A stretch of DNA of 41,454 nt from Desulfosporosinus sp. (GTDB taxonomy: Bacteria > Bacillota > Desulfitobacteriia > Desulfitobacteriales > Desulfitobacteriaceae): the NCBI GenBank assembly GCA_027353165.1, contig DAIEHY010000002.1, positions 1-41,454 on the forward strand, read 5' to 3'. A program made the position numbers and the translations under genes. Shown here piece after piece: positions 1 through 9,429 of this stretch (position 1 is its first letter; each line of letters opens with the position of its first letter). The notes under the pieces are model-generated. The model did not search any database, was not told the origin of the DNA, and worked only from the letters and a program-made list of their open reading frames with translations.

Positions 1-929
1 TCCGTTTGAGCCGGATTCAAGGCCGCTTGCAGGGAGGCATGTCCAGGATTGGCAATAGGTCCCGGCGTTAATCCTGTATGGAGATAAGTATTGTACGGAG
101 AGGGAATCTGAAGATCCTTATTATAAAGTTTTGGTTTTGGAGTTTCGAGCAAAAACTGAATTGTGGCATCAATTTGAAGTGGTTGGTTAATCCTTAATCG
201 ATTTATGATAACTGAAGCAATTAAGGGGCGATCTGATTCTTTCACCGCCTCTTTTTCGACCAAAGATGCCAAAGTAACCCACTGGGAAACGGAAAATTTC
301 ATTTTGTCAAGTTGAGTCTGTACACCTGATGTGAGTTCTTTCTCAAATTGTGTAAGCAACATATCAATCACTGCATGGGGAGTAGAATTCTTACTAATTT
401 CATAAGTATCGGGAAATAGATACCCCTCTAAACGATGGATCCCCTTGGGTGCATCCTTTAAAAACGAATAAGGAAAAGTATCTTCCATAATCACCTTTGT
501 CAAATCCTGTTTGCTCGAAATACCCTTCTGTACTAATAAGTCAATAATTTGTTCCGTGGTATATCCTTCTGGAATGGTTACACGCTGGGTATCCATCATC
601 GCTGCCCCTTTTATTAGGCGATTGATCATTTCATCGGGGGACATCATCGGGGCTAATTGGTAGTCTCCAACATATAGCCTAAATTCATCGTTCCGTAAAC
701 GTGCCAATAACTTAAACATCCACGCACTACGTATAAGCTGATGCTGTTCCAATTCTTCCGCCAGTTGGGTAGCCGTTGTCCCGGGAGCAATCGTAATTTT
801 CATACTATTGCCGGCGTTCGAGTACGGTTTAATCGCCCAAGACCACCAAGACACTAAACCAAATCCTCCAACCAAGGAAAGAAGAATAATCCACTTTAGT
901 ATGCCCACGGTATTTTTCTTCCTGGACAT
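1..929 (-). CDS. mltG: Endolytic transglycosylase MltG (3' end runs off the window)
   Basis: Not in the ORF track. Hand translation from ATG 929 (RBS GGGAGTGA) gives MSRKKNTVGILKWIILLSLVGG..., with an N-terminal TM and the motifs VTIPEGYT, LEGYLFPDTY, LASLVEKEA, LQIDATIQ, SPYNTY and GPIANPG. Usual position after ruvX-DUF1292. Confidence 0.93.
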   Translation of the reverse strand, partial: MSRKKNTVGILKWIILLSLVGGFGLVSWWSWAIKPYSNAGNSMKITIAPGTTATQLAEELEQHQLIRSAWMFKLLARLRNDEFRLYVGDYQLAPMMSPDEMINRLIKGAAMMDTQRVTIPEGYTTEQIIDLLVQKGISSKQDLTKVIMEDTFPYSFLKDAPKGIHRLEGYLFPDTYEISKNSTPHAVIDMLLTQFEKELTSGVQTQLDKMKFSVSQWVTLASLVEKEAVKESDRPLIASVIINRLRINQPLQIDATIQFLLETPKPKLYNKDLQIPSPYNTYLHTGLTPGPIANPGHASLQAALNPAQT

Positions 930-949
930 TTCTCACTCCCTCTTTCCAT

Positions 950-2320
950 CTATGTTTTTGAAAGACCCCGAGTCCCTATTCGTAAAATCCGATTTGTGGG
1001 AGCATACCAGTCACGCCCTAGAAACTGCTTGTTCTCATTGCCATTGACGTCTCGAATGATCTGCCAAGTGTTAACAACGATTCCCTTGGTACCCTTTTGT
1101 TCTTGGACAATTCGACCTCCAGACAGCTTAGGGTCAAGTCTATTTTCCACCTTAAAGTTAATCTCTTTCTCCACTTGTCGTTCAATACGGACGGATTTCC
1201 CTGTCTTTTTACCCCATATCCGAATAGTAAGAACTCCTTGTTTAACGTCTGTTCGCAAATAAACTAAACTCGTAGAATTATTTTTAAATTTAAAATCAAG
1301 ATTAGGATAATTGACAGTAGCATCTTGACCGGGTGGCACATAACCAACGACCATCGCGTGGGGTTTTCGTTCCACAATTTCTAAATTGCTTAATAACACA
1401 GCATTATATAAAGTTGAGGAGACTTGGCATATGCCCCCTCCAGTTCCTTGGACATATTCTCCATTGATAATCACATAGGCCTCTTTATACCCTGTCCCTG
1501 GTTCTCGGGGACCTACTGTCTCGTTAAATGAAAAAATTTCCCCTGGAAGAAGGACTTTAGCATCCAAAGCCTTAGCTGCAGCGGTCAAATTGGCAGAACG
1601 GTTTTCTTCTTTAACTGAAAACTTAGTCGTAAATTCCCCAACGACTGAATCAAAGGCCATCGATTGTAGAGTTTCAGTCGTTAAGGTGGCAGGAACCTCT
1701 TCCATCGGAAGTTCTATCAATGTCGGAACTTCACTGAGAGTAAATTTTTGAAAATAGTTTATTAGCTTATCAGTGGCTACTGTCCGACCGTTTTCAGCTG
1801 GTTGAATAATAACTTTATCATTTTCAATCTTGTATGAAGCATCTTTTGCGGGTCGAATAAATTTTCGTAATTTTTCTTCAAGAACCTGACTTGCAGTTAA
1901 AGGATCCACTTTGAGCACACTGGACACTTTCAGTCCAGGAAAACGTTGGGTCTCTTCGATAATCTTCTGCTTATCTATTTCGATACCGATGTCTTTTAGC
2001 GAAATCGGAATCTCTTTTTCATTGTACAACAGGACACGCGTTTCTTCCAGCTTGTCCTTAGCCCAACCATCGACCTTCGCAGGTAGTTCGGACGCTAGAG
2101 TGCCACTTAGATCTAAATCATCAACTTTTGTCCCTTCTGAGACGACCATAGTTTTTTCACCATCGTTACTCTCTACTTTTTTAATGGAATTATTTTCGGC
2201 CTCTATGGTGTGACTTGAAGGGATACATCCTCCTAATAAAGCTATGCTTAAAAAAAGGGCTAAGGCTGAGTAGGAAGTCCGTATCCATAGTCGTCTACAT
2301 TTTTTCATAATTATAACCAT
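950..2320 (-). CDS. VanW-family lipoprotein with PG-binding and C-terminal G5-like region (start may be 2308)
   Basis: Lipobox LLGGC; VanW motifs FSFNETVGPR, GGGICQVSSTLYNA and ER.PH...GYVPPGQDATV; G5-like C-terminus. Confidence 0.88.
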   Translation of the reverse strand: MVIIMKKCRRLWIRTSYSALALFLSIALLGGCIPSSHTIEAENNSIKKVESNDGEKTMVVSEGTKVDDLDLSGTLASELPAKVDGWAKDKLEETRVLLYNEKEIPISLKDIGIEIDKQKIIEETQRFPGLKVSSVLKVDPLTASQVLEEKLRKFIRPAKDASYKIENDKVIIQPAENGRTVATDKLINYFQKFTLSEVPTLIELPMEEVPATLTTETLQSMAFDSVVGEFTTKFSVKEENRSANLTAAAKALDAKVLLPGEIFSFNETVGPREPGTGYKEAYVIINGEYVQGTGGGICQVSSTLYNAVLLSNLEIVERKPHAMVVGYVPPGQDATVNYPNLDFKFKNNSTSLVYLRTDVKQGVLTIRIWGKKTGKSVRIERQVEKEINFKVENRLDPKLSGGRIVQEQKGTKGIVVNTWQIIRDVNGNENKQFLGRDWYAPTNRILRIGTRGLSKT

Positions 2321-2442
2321 TCCTTTCGCTTTCGCTCAGGTACAAAAACTCCTACTTTCATTAACCTTAGTATTTACGTTGAGTTAAAGGTTTATCTCAG
2401 GGTTGATTGCTTTTTAAAAATAAGTTCACGATAATTGCGATG

Positions 2443-2486
2443 AAAACAAAAGAACTCGCTGAGAGTAATCTCTGCGAGTTCTTTGT
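2443..2486 (-). terminator. Intrinsic terminator after the DUF1292 gene
   Basis: Inverted repeat AAAGAACTCGC...GCGAGTTCTTT with a U-rich tail on the minus strand. Confidence 0.75.
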
Positions 2487-2523
2487 ATTAACTATGAGCT
2501 AAGGCTATAAGAGTATATTCTTT

Positions 2524-2844
2524 TTATTCCTTTTCGTCTTCTTCGGATTCAACTAAATTCTCCCAAGCGTCAGCCACTTTTTCCCACTCTTCATCGTCTT
2601 CGATGTCTTGGAGCATTTCGTTCCCCTCAGCATCTTTGCCCAATTTAAGAATAATGGCCTCATCGGCATCCTCGTCTTCGGATTCCTCTTCAGAAACAGG
2701 CATTAAGACAAAGTATGTCGAGCCTTCAAGTTCCAAGGTATCCAGATGCAGAAACTCATGGTCTTTTCCCTCGTCATCTGTGAGAACGACTGTGTCAAAC
2801 TCTTCAGCGTCATGCTCATCATGGTCATGTGGTTGATCGGACAT
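2524..2844 (-). CDS. DUF1292 domain acidic protein (YrzB-like)
   Basis: VLTDDEGKDHEF...YFVLMP...IEDDEEWEKV; RBS GAGGTG 6 nt before ATG 2844; downstream of ruvX. Confidence 0.88.
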   Translation of the reverse strand: MSDQPHDHDEHDAEEFDTVVLTDDEGKDHEFLHLDTLELEGSTYFVLMPVSEEESEDEDADEAIILKLGKDAEGNEMLQDIEDDEEWEKVADAWENLVESEEDEKE

Positions 2845-2874
2845 GTAATTCACCTCTTATCAAAGAATATGGTC

Positions 2875-2903
2875 ATTGTACTATTGTAGGTAATGATTGT
2901 CAA
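2875..2903 (-). promoter_or_regulatory. Sigma-A promoter of the DUF1292 gene
   Basis: TTGACA-17-TACAAT on the minus strand. Confidence 0.65.
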
Positions 2904-2912
2904 ATATCATAG

Positions 2913-3329
2913 TTAAATATTTCTTGAACCTCGTCGATCCAGATAACCCTGAAGAATAAAAACAGCTGCCATCTTATCAATGACGAGCTTTCGTTTCGCA
3001 CGAGACACATCCGCTTCCAGAAGAGTCCGCTGTGCAGCCATCGTGCTTAAACGCTCATCCCATAATTCCACTGGCAATCCAAATTCAGACCGTATAAGCT
3101 CTGCAAACTCGTCGGTCGCTTCACACCGGGGCCCCAAGGTTCCGTTCATATTCTTTGGGTAACCGATCACAATTTCCATTACCTCATACTCACGAATGAG
3201 TTCTCGCAATTCATCGAGCTCCTTCTTGGAACGCCTAATCGTCTTAATTCCTTGGGCAGTCCAAAAAAAGGCATCACTCATCGCCACTCCAATCGTTTTC
3301 GTTCCAAAATCCAAGCCCATAATGCGCAC
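2913..3329 (-). CDS. ruvX: YqgF/RuvX pre-16S rRNA nuclease (putative resolvase)
   Basis: [51 protein letters not shown]; GTG start at 3329 with GGAGG RBS. Confidence 0.95.
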   Translation of the reverse strand: MRIMGLDFGTKTIGVAMSDAFFWTAQGIKTIRRSKKELDELRELIREYEVMEIVIGYPKNMNGTLGPRCEATDEFAELIRSEFGLPVELWDERLSTMAAQRTLLEADVSRAKRKLVIDKMAAVFILQGYLDRRGSRNI

Positions 3330-3367
3330 ACAATTCCCTCCAAACCGACCTTTTGTATACCCCATCC

Positions 3368-4309
3368 TTAAACAATTTTAAGACAAAAATGTGGACAAGC
3401 TCTTCCGCAGTACCCACAAAGCACACATTCTTCATCCTTTACAACCGCTATCTCTTCAAGCTGCAATGCGCCCTGCGGGCAGGCATCAATGCATAACCCA
3501 CACCCTTGGCACCAATCAGCCACATAAAGTTTTCGCTTTCTGTGCTTTACCTTTTCCCGCAACTTTTCCGAGATTTTCTGCCCCGAAACTAAGCGCAAAT
3601 TATAATCGACTTCTTCCCGACTAGACATTCCCAAAGCCATTGCTTGGATACCCGGAACCCTTTGGACAAACTCTACAGCCTTTTCCGGATCACTTGTCAA
3701 ATGTCCGCCCCCGAAAACCTTCATTGCGTAAATCCCTATGCCCAATTCAGCGGCAAATGCTATGGCTTTAAGCATATCGGATAGATTCCCATCAATTATT
3801 CCTAGACCTTGATAATTTATAATAGGATGGATCACATCTAGTCCAGGTTGAAGCGCCCCAGCCCGGACTCCTGCCACAGCATGGGTTGAAATACCAATCC
3901 AGCGCACAATCCCCTTCTGCTTAGCTCTTAGAAGTTCTTCCCAAGCTTCAGAGTGTCCCTTAAGAGTTAATGCGCTTTCCTGTTCATGGAGCAGAAAGAA
4001 GTCGAGAGTATCTCGATTAAGGGCAGTCCGTGCCTTTTCAAGGCTCACATACATTTCCCTTGCTGAGACTGCATACGTTTTGCTGACAATTCGAACGTCT
4101 GGATATGCTTTGATAACCGAAGCAATTTGCCCATAGTTGTCATAAATCTCAGCAGTATCAATCCAGTTCACGCCTTGTTCAAGGGCGTATTTTAGAACTA
4201 ACATCCCCTCTTCTTCTGTTACGCGCCCTTGTAAAGGGGATATCGCCAGACTCCCGAAGCAAACTTCCGAGATTTCCGGCCCCCATAAGCCAAGCTTGAC
4301 CTGACGCAT
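3368..4309 (-). CDS. Aldo/keto reductase with C-terminal 2x[4Fe-4S] ferredoxin domain
   Basis: [17 protein letters not shown] and AMKVFGGG; C-terminal [12 protein letters not shown] and [12 protein letters not shown]. Confidence 0.88.
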   Translation of the reverse strand: MRQVKLGLWGPEISEVCFGSLAISPLQGRVTEEEGMLVLKYALEQGVNWIDTAEIYDNYGQIASVIKAYPDVRIVSKTYAVSAREMYVSLEKARTALNRDTLDFFLLHEQESALTLKGHSEAWEELLRAKQKGIVRWIGISTHAVAGVRAGALQPGLDVIHPIINYQGLGIIDGNLSDMLKAIAFAAELGIGIYAMKVFGGGHLTSDPEKAVEFVQRVPGIQAMALGMSSREEVDYNLRLVSGQKISEKLREKVKHRKRKLYVADWCQGCGLCIDACPQGALQLEEIAVVKDEECVLCGYCGRACPHFCLKIV

Positions 4310-4365
4310 CTTTTATTCTCCTTTCGAGTAAAAGCACAAAGTACGGCGCGCTTCGCTAACGTTGA

Positions 4366-4391
4366 AACCCTCACCACAATGAGTGAGGGTT
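4366..4391 (-). terminator. Hairpin/terminator after ireB
   Basis: AACCCTCAC-N8-GTGAGGGTT with a short U-run on the minus strand. Confidence 0.55.
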
Positions 4392-4403
4392 CTATCTTTA
4401 GCC

Positions 4404-4658
4404 TTACTTGTCTTGTAAATAATTTCTGACTAGCTCTTCGATTAGCTCAAAGCGTTCCAGTTTACGAATCATAGCTCGTGCCTGGTTGTGGCTCGTAATA
4501 TATACGGGGTCGCCCGACAAGAGATAGCCAACCATTTGATTTATGGGGTCATAACCTTTTTCTTGCAATGCGGCGTATACCTTCTGCAATATAATTCGGG
4601 CAGATACGTCCTCTTCTCCCACTGCTTTAAACATCATGGTTTCTTCCATTCGATCCAT
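4404..4658 (-). CDS. ireB: IreB/ReoM-family regulatory phosphoprotein (UPF0297)
   Basis: ETMMF...[43 protein letters not shown]; follows alaS; start MDRMEE at 4658. Confidence 0.93.
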   Translation of the reverse strand: MDRMEETMMFKAVGEEDVSARIILQKVYAALQEKGYDPINQMVGYLLSGDPVYITSHNQARAMIRKLERFELIEELVRNYLQDK

Positions 4659-4697
4659 TTTCCTGTCCCCCTTTCGCCTTTCATTGAGCACTGGGAT

Positions 4698-7325
4698 TTA
4701 TTTTTTCAGTAATCCTCGTACTATTGCTGGAACACGATCAATCGCTTCTCCCAGCTTACTAGGATCTTTACCACCGGCTTGCGCCATGTCTGGTCGACCG
4801 CCACCACTTCCGCCCGTAATCTTTGCTACTTCTTTTATAATCTGTCCGGCATGTAACCCACTTAAACCTGTAGGGCTTACAACCGTTACAAAATTCACTT
4901 TACCTTCGCTAGTCGCACCTAGGACGATCACCCCAGCCTTGAGTTTAGCTCGCAAAAGATCCGCCATTTGACGAAGTCCTTCCATATCAGACACATGAAC
5001 AGCAGCTGCAATTACTTGGATTCCATCGATCTCTGCAACACGCTTTAGCAATCCTTCTACTTCGTTCTTAGCAAGTTTGGCTTGCAGTTGACTAATTTCT
5101 CGTTCGAGGTCTTTCACTTGGGTCATCAGCCCATGAACACGTTTTCCTACTTCTAAAGGTTGCGCTTTGAGGTTCTGGGCCACTTCCATCACTTGGTCAT
5201 CAAGGGCACGGAAATACGTTAAAGCCTCTATTCCAGCAATTGCTTCAATCCGACGTAGCCCGGATCCAATACCACCCTCGCTAAGAATTTTGACCAGTCC
5301 GATCTCTCCGGTATTCTTTACATGTGTCCCGCCACACAGTTCTTTACTGAACAACCCCATATTAACCACTCGAACAGTCTCTCCGTATTTCTCTCCAAAA
5401 AGTGCCGTAGCTCCACTAAGTTTAGCCTCTTTTAACGGCATTTCTGTCGCAGCCACCGGCATATTTTTTAAGACTGCTTCATTGATAATACCTTCTACCG
5501 CTCTTAGTCCTTCCGTGGACAGCGCAGAAAAATGAGTAAAGTCAAAACGCAATCGTTCCGGACTTACTAACGATCCTGCTTGCTGAACATGCTCCCCTAG
5601 AACAGAGCGCAGGGCGACCTGAAGAAGATGAGTCGCACTATGATGGCGAGTCGTAGCTTGGCGTTCAACAAGATCAATTTCTGCATCCACCGTTTCTCCG
5701 ATGTGTAAAACCCCTGTCGTCACCTGAGCACGGTGATACAACGTCCCTGTAACACCTTTTTTCACTTCAAGTACTCGAGCCTCGGCGCGAGGAGTTCGGA
5801 TTACACCTCTATCCGACACCTGACCGCCGCTTTCTGCATAAAACGGAGTCTCAGTAAGGAAGATCATGACCTCTTCCCCTTCTCCAACATCTTGTTTCTC
5901 CTCGCCTCCCACAAACAACCCTTCGATTCGAGTGGTTGCCGAAAGACTCTCATATCCCACAAAAGGAGTACGACCTAAGAGTTTTGCCTTTTCCATAAGT
6001 TCTGGGCTTTCAACCACAGCACGCATTTGCTGAGACTGTTCTTTTGCCCTAACGCGATGCTCCTCAGCAGCGGTTTGGAACGACACCATATCAACCGTTA
6101 ATCCTTGCTCTTCAAGCATCTCCTCCGTTAACTCGACAGGAAAACCATAGGTTTCATAAAGATAAAAAGCGTCAGATCCGGCTAGGACTGTCTCCCCTTG
6201 TTTCATGAGTTCCTTGACCTTGTCTTGCAACAACTGCGTGCCTTGCTCTAAAGTTGCTTGGAAATTCTTTTCTTCTAAGTTTAAGTGATTTAGAATGAAA
6301 TTCTCATTCTCTTTCAGCTCTGGATAGGCATGAGAATAGTCTTTTTGGATAACTTGGAAGGCGGATTCCAGAAACGGTTTGTCAATTCCTAATAGTTTGG
6401 CAAACCGAACTGCGCGCCTTAAAATTCGACGAAGAACATACCCTCTACCTTCATTGTTCGGACGTATCCCATCAGCTAACATGAACGATACCGCCCGCAC
6501 GTGGTCAGACACTACTTTTAAGGCTAGATCATTTTTAGGGTTATTCTTATATTTGATTCCAGCTAAATTAGCCACATGGTCAATAATGGGGCGAAATAGG
6601 TCCGTATCGAAGTTAGTCTCAACCCCTTGCATCACCGACGCGATCCGCTCTAACCCCATACCAGTATCAATGTTTTGTTTCGGAAGGGGAGTCAAGACAC
6701 CTGCTTCATCTCGGTTATACTGCATGAAGACTAAATTCCAGATCTCTAAAAAGCGATCGCAATCACAACCCATGGCACAACCGGGTTTGTTACACCCTCT
6801 TGCTTCTCCAAGATCAACATATATTTCCGAACAAGGTCCACAAGGGCCTGTAGGTCCAGCAGCCCAAAAATTCTCAGGGTCTCCAACGATTCGCTCGGAT
6901 TTGACGCCCGCTTTCTCCCATATTTTTTTTGCGTCATCATCTTCCGGATAGATAGTTACCCAAAGCTTTTCAACAGGAATTTTTAATACCTCTGTAATAT
7001 ATTCCCAGGCCCAGGGTATTGCCTCATTTTTAAAGTAATCTCCAAACGAAAAATTGCCCAACATTTCAAAATATGTATGGTGACGAGCAGTTTTCCCTAC
7101 CTCTTCTAGATCTGGAGTGCGAACACATTTTTGAGCCGTTGTGGCTCGTGGAAAAGGAGGTTCTACCCTACGTTGAAAATAAGGTTTAAATGGAACCATG
7201 CCTGCGACCGTTAATAACAAGGTTGGATCATCTTTGGGAATAAGGGAGGCACTGGGCAAAATTTTGTGCCCTTTTGCCTCAAAATACTTTAAAAACATGT
7301 CCCTTAATTGATTACCAGAATACAT
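4698..7325 (-). CDS. alaS: Alanine--tRNA ligase
   Basis: DPTLLLTVAGMVPFK, RHHTYFEMLGNFSFGDYFK, editing-site HSATHL and ELCGGTH, C-terminal GGGRPDMAQAGG. Confidence 0.99.
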   Translation of the reverse strand: MYSGNQLRDMFLKYFEAKGHKILPSASLIPKDDPTLLLTVAGMVPFKPYFQRRVEPPFPRATTAQKCVRTPDLEEVGKTARHHTYFEMLGNFSFGDYFKNEAIPWAWEYITEVLKIPVEKLWVTIYPEDDDAKKIWEKAGVKSERIVGDPENFWAAGPTGPCGPCSEIYVDLGEARGCNKPGCAMGCDCDRFLEIWNLVFMQYNRDEAGVLTPLPKQNIDTGMGLERIASVMQGVETNFDTDLFRPIIDHVANLAGIKYKNNPKNDLALKVVSDHVRAVSFMLADGIRPNNEGRGYVLRRILRRAVRFAKLLGIDKPFLESAFQVIQKDYSHAYPELKENENFILNHLNLEEKNFQATLEQGTQLLQDKVKELMKQGETVLAGSDAFYLYETYGFPVELTEEMLEEQGLTVDMVSFQTAAEEHRVRAKEQSQQMRAVVESPELMEKAKLLGRTPFVGYESLSATTRIEGLFVGGEEKQDVGEGEEVMIFLTETPFYAESGGQVSDRGVIRTPRAEARVLEVKKGVTGTLYHRAQVTTGVLHIGETVDAEIDLVERQATTRHHSATHLLQVALRSVLGEHVQQAGSLVSPERLRFDFTHFSALSTEGLRAVEGIINEAVLKNMPVAATEMPLKEAKLSGATALFGEKYGETVRVVNMGLFSKELCGGTHVKNTGEIGLVKILSEGGIGSGLRRIEAIAGIEALTYFRALDDQVMEVAQNLKAQPLEVGKRVHGLMTQVKDLEREISQLQAKLAKNEVEGLLKRVAEIDGIQVIAAAVHVSDMEGLRQMADLLRAKLKAGVIVLGATSEGKVNFVTVVSPTGLSGLHAGQIIKEVAKITGGSGGGRPDMAQAGGKDPSKLGEAIDRVPAIVRGLLKK

Positions 7326-7485
7326 GCGAACACCCCTTTAGAAATTAAACTTAATAAGATAGCATGTCCAATAAAAAATAACCTCACCCTATTATATCAG
7401 GGACGAGATTTTTTGGGGATCACACTGCATATCTACAGCTCAAAAAATCTTTCATCTAAAACCTACAATTTCCCATTGTTTATAA

Positions 7486-7515
7486 AGTATATACAGGGAA
7501 TGTCTTATTTGTCAA
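7486..7515 (-). promoter_or_regulatory. Sigma-A promoter of alaS
   Basis: TTGACA-18-TATACT on the minus strand. Confidence 0.6.
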
Positions 7516-7520
7516 CCAAA

Positions 7521-8552
7521 TTAGACCTTTGTTGAAACTAACCTGAAATAAACATGATTTAATATAACTCGAATAACAGCGGCCATAGGGACTGCAAGAA
7601 ACATACCCCAAAAGCCTGCTATTTCTCCACAAGCCAAAAGGGCAAAAACAACCCACAGGGGATGTAGCCCTACACTTTCTCCCATGAGTTTAGGTGAGAT
7701 AACGTTCCCCTCGAGCTGCTGTACGATAAAAATGACGAGAATCACTTTCAAGGCCATCCCCGGTGATTGCGTTAAGGCCAATAAAACGACCGGCACTGCC
7801 CCTATCACGGGTCCAAAGTAGGGAATAAGATCAAAAACTCCGCATATCAAGCCAATCAACAAAGCATACTCCATCCCTACTAATTTCACACCAACTCCGA
7901 TTAATATCCCTACAATTACCGCGACAACTAAATCTCCTCGTATGAATTGACGGATTACATGGTTAATATCTTGCCACAACCGTCTCCATTCCATCCTCCA
8001 GCGCTGCGGAATAATTCTGAAAAAGGCATTCCCAAGTCCTTTCCAGTCTGCCAAAAGGTATATGGCTATAACTGGAGATAATATGTAGAGTGTAAAGGTG
8101 GACAGCATATTAGGCAGACTGGTTAAAAAAAGATTAAGTCGATCGGCAATGATAAGTTCGCCCTGAGCTAAATGTTGATCCAACACGAGCGCCACACGGC
8201 TGGGCAAACCAGTTGCCTTAAATTGTTCACGAAATCCATCCATCATTTCTGTGATCGACTGAATCGTTTTAGGTAGCACCACGACCAACTTACTAAGTTC
8301 ATTATAAATAATTGGAAGGATAAGAAAAATTGCAGTAGCTAAAATTCCTATAATTACTGTGAAAACAATCGCAATTGATTTGTTCCTGCTAATCCTTTGT
8401 CGTTCTAAGCATTCAACAAAGGGGTTAAGAAGAAAGGCTAAAACAAACGCAAGAAAAAAGGGACCTAAAATTGCTCTCACCCTAAAAAGAATCAAAATTG
8501 CGATGAGTAAGCAAGTACCCATGAAAATCCATTTCCAATACTTATGTTTCAT
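7521..8552 (-). CDS. AI-2E family transporter (YrrI-like)
   Basis: Multi-TM; AFLLNPFV, LIPYFGPVIG, QQLEGNVISPKLMGESVGLHP, GMFLAVPMAA. Confidence 0.92.
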   Translation of the reverse strand: MKHKYWKWIFMGTCLLIAILILFRVRAILGPFFLAFVLAFLLNPFVECLERQRISRNKSIAIVFTVIIGILATAIFLILPIIYNELSKLVVVLPKTIQSITEMMDGFREQFKATGLPSRVALVLDQHLAQGELIIADRLNLFLTSLPNMLSTFTLYILSPVIAIYLLADWKGLGNAFFRIIPQRWRMEWRRLWQDINHVIRQFIRGDLVVAVIVGILIGVGVKLVGMEYALLIGLICGVFDLIPYFGPVIGAVPVVLLALTQSPGMALKVILVIFIVQQLEGNVISPKLMGESVGLHPLWVVFALLACGEIAGFWGMFLAVPMAAVIRVILNHVYFRLVSTKV

Positions 8553-8603
8553 CTAATTTCCTTCCTCTTAAAATTGAAGAGATTTTTGCTTTAAGTTCAG
8601 CCA

Positions 8604-8637
8604 TGGCAAAAGCGCGCAAAGCGCGCTTTTATTGCCA
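8604..8637. terminator. Probable bidirectional terminator hairpin
   Basis: AAAAGCGCGC-AAA-GCGCGCTTTT, with outer TGGC/GCCA. Confidence 0.7.
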
Positions 8638-8666
8638 AATTTTATTACTTAAGTTTGGTAGTTGAA

Positions 8667-8861
8667 TTACTCCATTGTAGCGCAGGAAACACCGGATTCA
8701 AGGGCAGGGTCATCCCAAGCAACGAGAGAACCATCTTCCGCTAAATCATAAATAACTACTTTGTCAGTTTGAGTCGCGAATTCAACGCAGCAATCCCAGC
8801 AATAAAACTGTTCTACTCCTACTTTACCTATGGCCCGTCCATCGCAAACCGGACAATTCAT
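8667..8861 (-). CDS. Small Cys-rich (zinc-ribbon-like) protein, YrzR-like
   Basis: MNCPVC...IGKVGVEQFYCWDC; ATGA overlap with the PRC-barrel gene; same synteny as B. subtilis yrrD-yrz region. Confidence 0.8.
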   Translation of the reverse strand: MNCPVCDGRAIGKVGVEQFYCWDCCVEFATQTDKVVIYDLAEDGSLVAWDDPALESGVSCATME

Positions 8862-9352
8862 GATAGTATACCCCCTTCATTTGCTTGATCCAAGGGGGAT
8901 ACTTGGTTATCAACGATCAAAATGTCTTTTCCATCGATCATGACACGGGGCCTAAGAATAGTTCCCCTGCCATGAAGTAGATCCGCGAAAAGCCCGTCAG
9001 AAACTTCAAATCCAACCAATTTTTCTACGGAATCATCGAGAAAAACATCTTCGATCGTCCCTCTAGCTTCTCCACCTTGGGTGTAGACTTCATTCCCCAC
9101 TTTGTCAGACCATCGTGTCCCCTTAAGTTCTTCCACCGATTTTCGCTTAACTGTGAGTGCATCCTTCCCAAACGTTATGATGTCCTTTCGCGGAATGCCT
9201 TTTGCAGATTGAAAGAAGTGCCCGCCCTCTAAAAGAATTCCTACAACCTCATCTTTGTCATTGTCCAGGACCAAATCTTGTACCCATCCAATCGAGTCCC
9301 CGCTTCTCAGATCTAAAACAGGTAGTCCGACTATCTCTCGAGTGCGCCGCAT
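8858..9352 (-). CDS. PRC-barrel domain protein (YrrD-like)
   Basis: Two PRC repeats (IVGLPVLD..GDSIGWVQDL; VGNEVYT..GEARGTIEDV); EVSDGLFADL. Confidence 0.87.
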   Translation of the reverse strand: MRRTREIVGLPVLDLRSGDSIGWVQDLVLDNDKDEVVGILLEGGHFFQSAKGIPRKDIITFGKDALTVKRKSVEELKGTRWSDKVGNEVYTQGGEARGTIEDVFLDDSVEKLVGFEVSDGLFADLLHGRGTILRPRVMIDGKDILIVDNQVSPLDQANEGGILS

Positions 9353-9383
9353 AGTCTTTCACCTCGCAATTAAGTATTATCTA

Positions 9384-9413
9384 TACTCTGTCCGACTATC
9401 TTAAACTTTATGC
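9384..9413 (-). promoter_or_regulatory. Forespore sigma-F/G type promoter of the PRC-barrel gene
   Basis: GCATA-15-GGACAGAGTA, close to the GYATA-N15-GGNNANAHTR consensus. Confidence 0.5.
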
Positions 9414-9429
9414 ATGCCTGTCGGCATAT

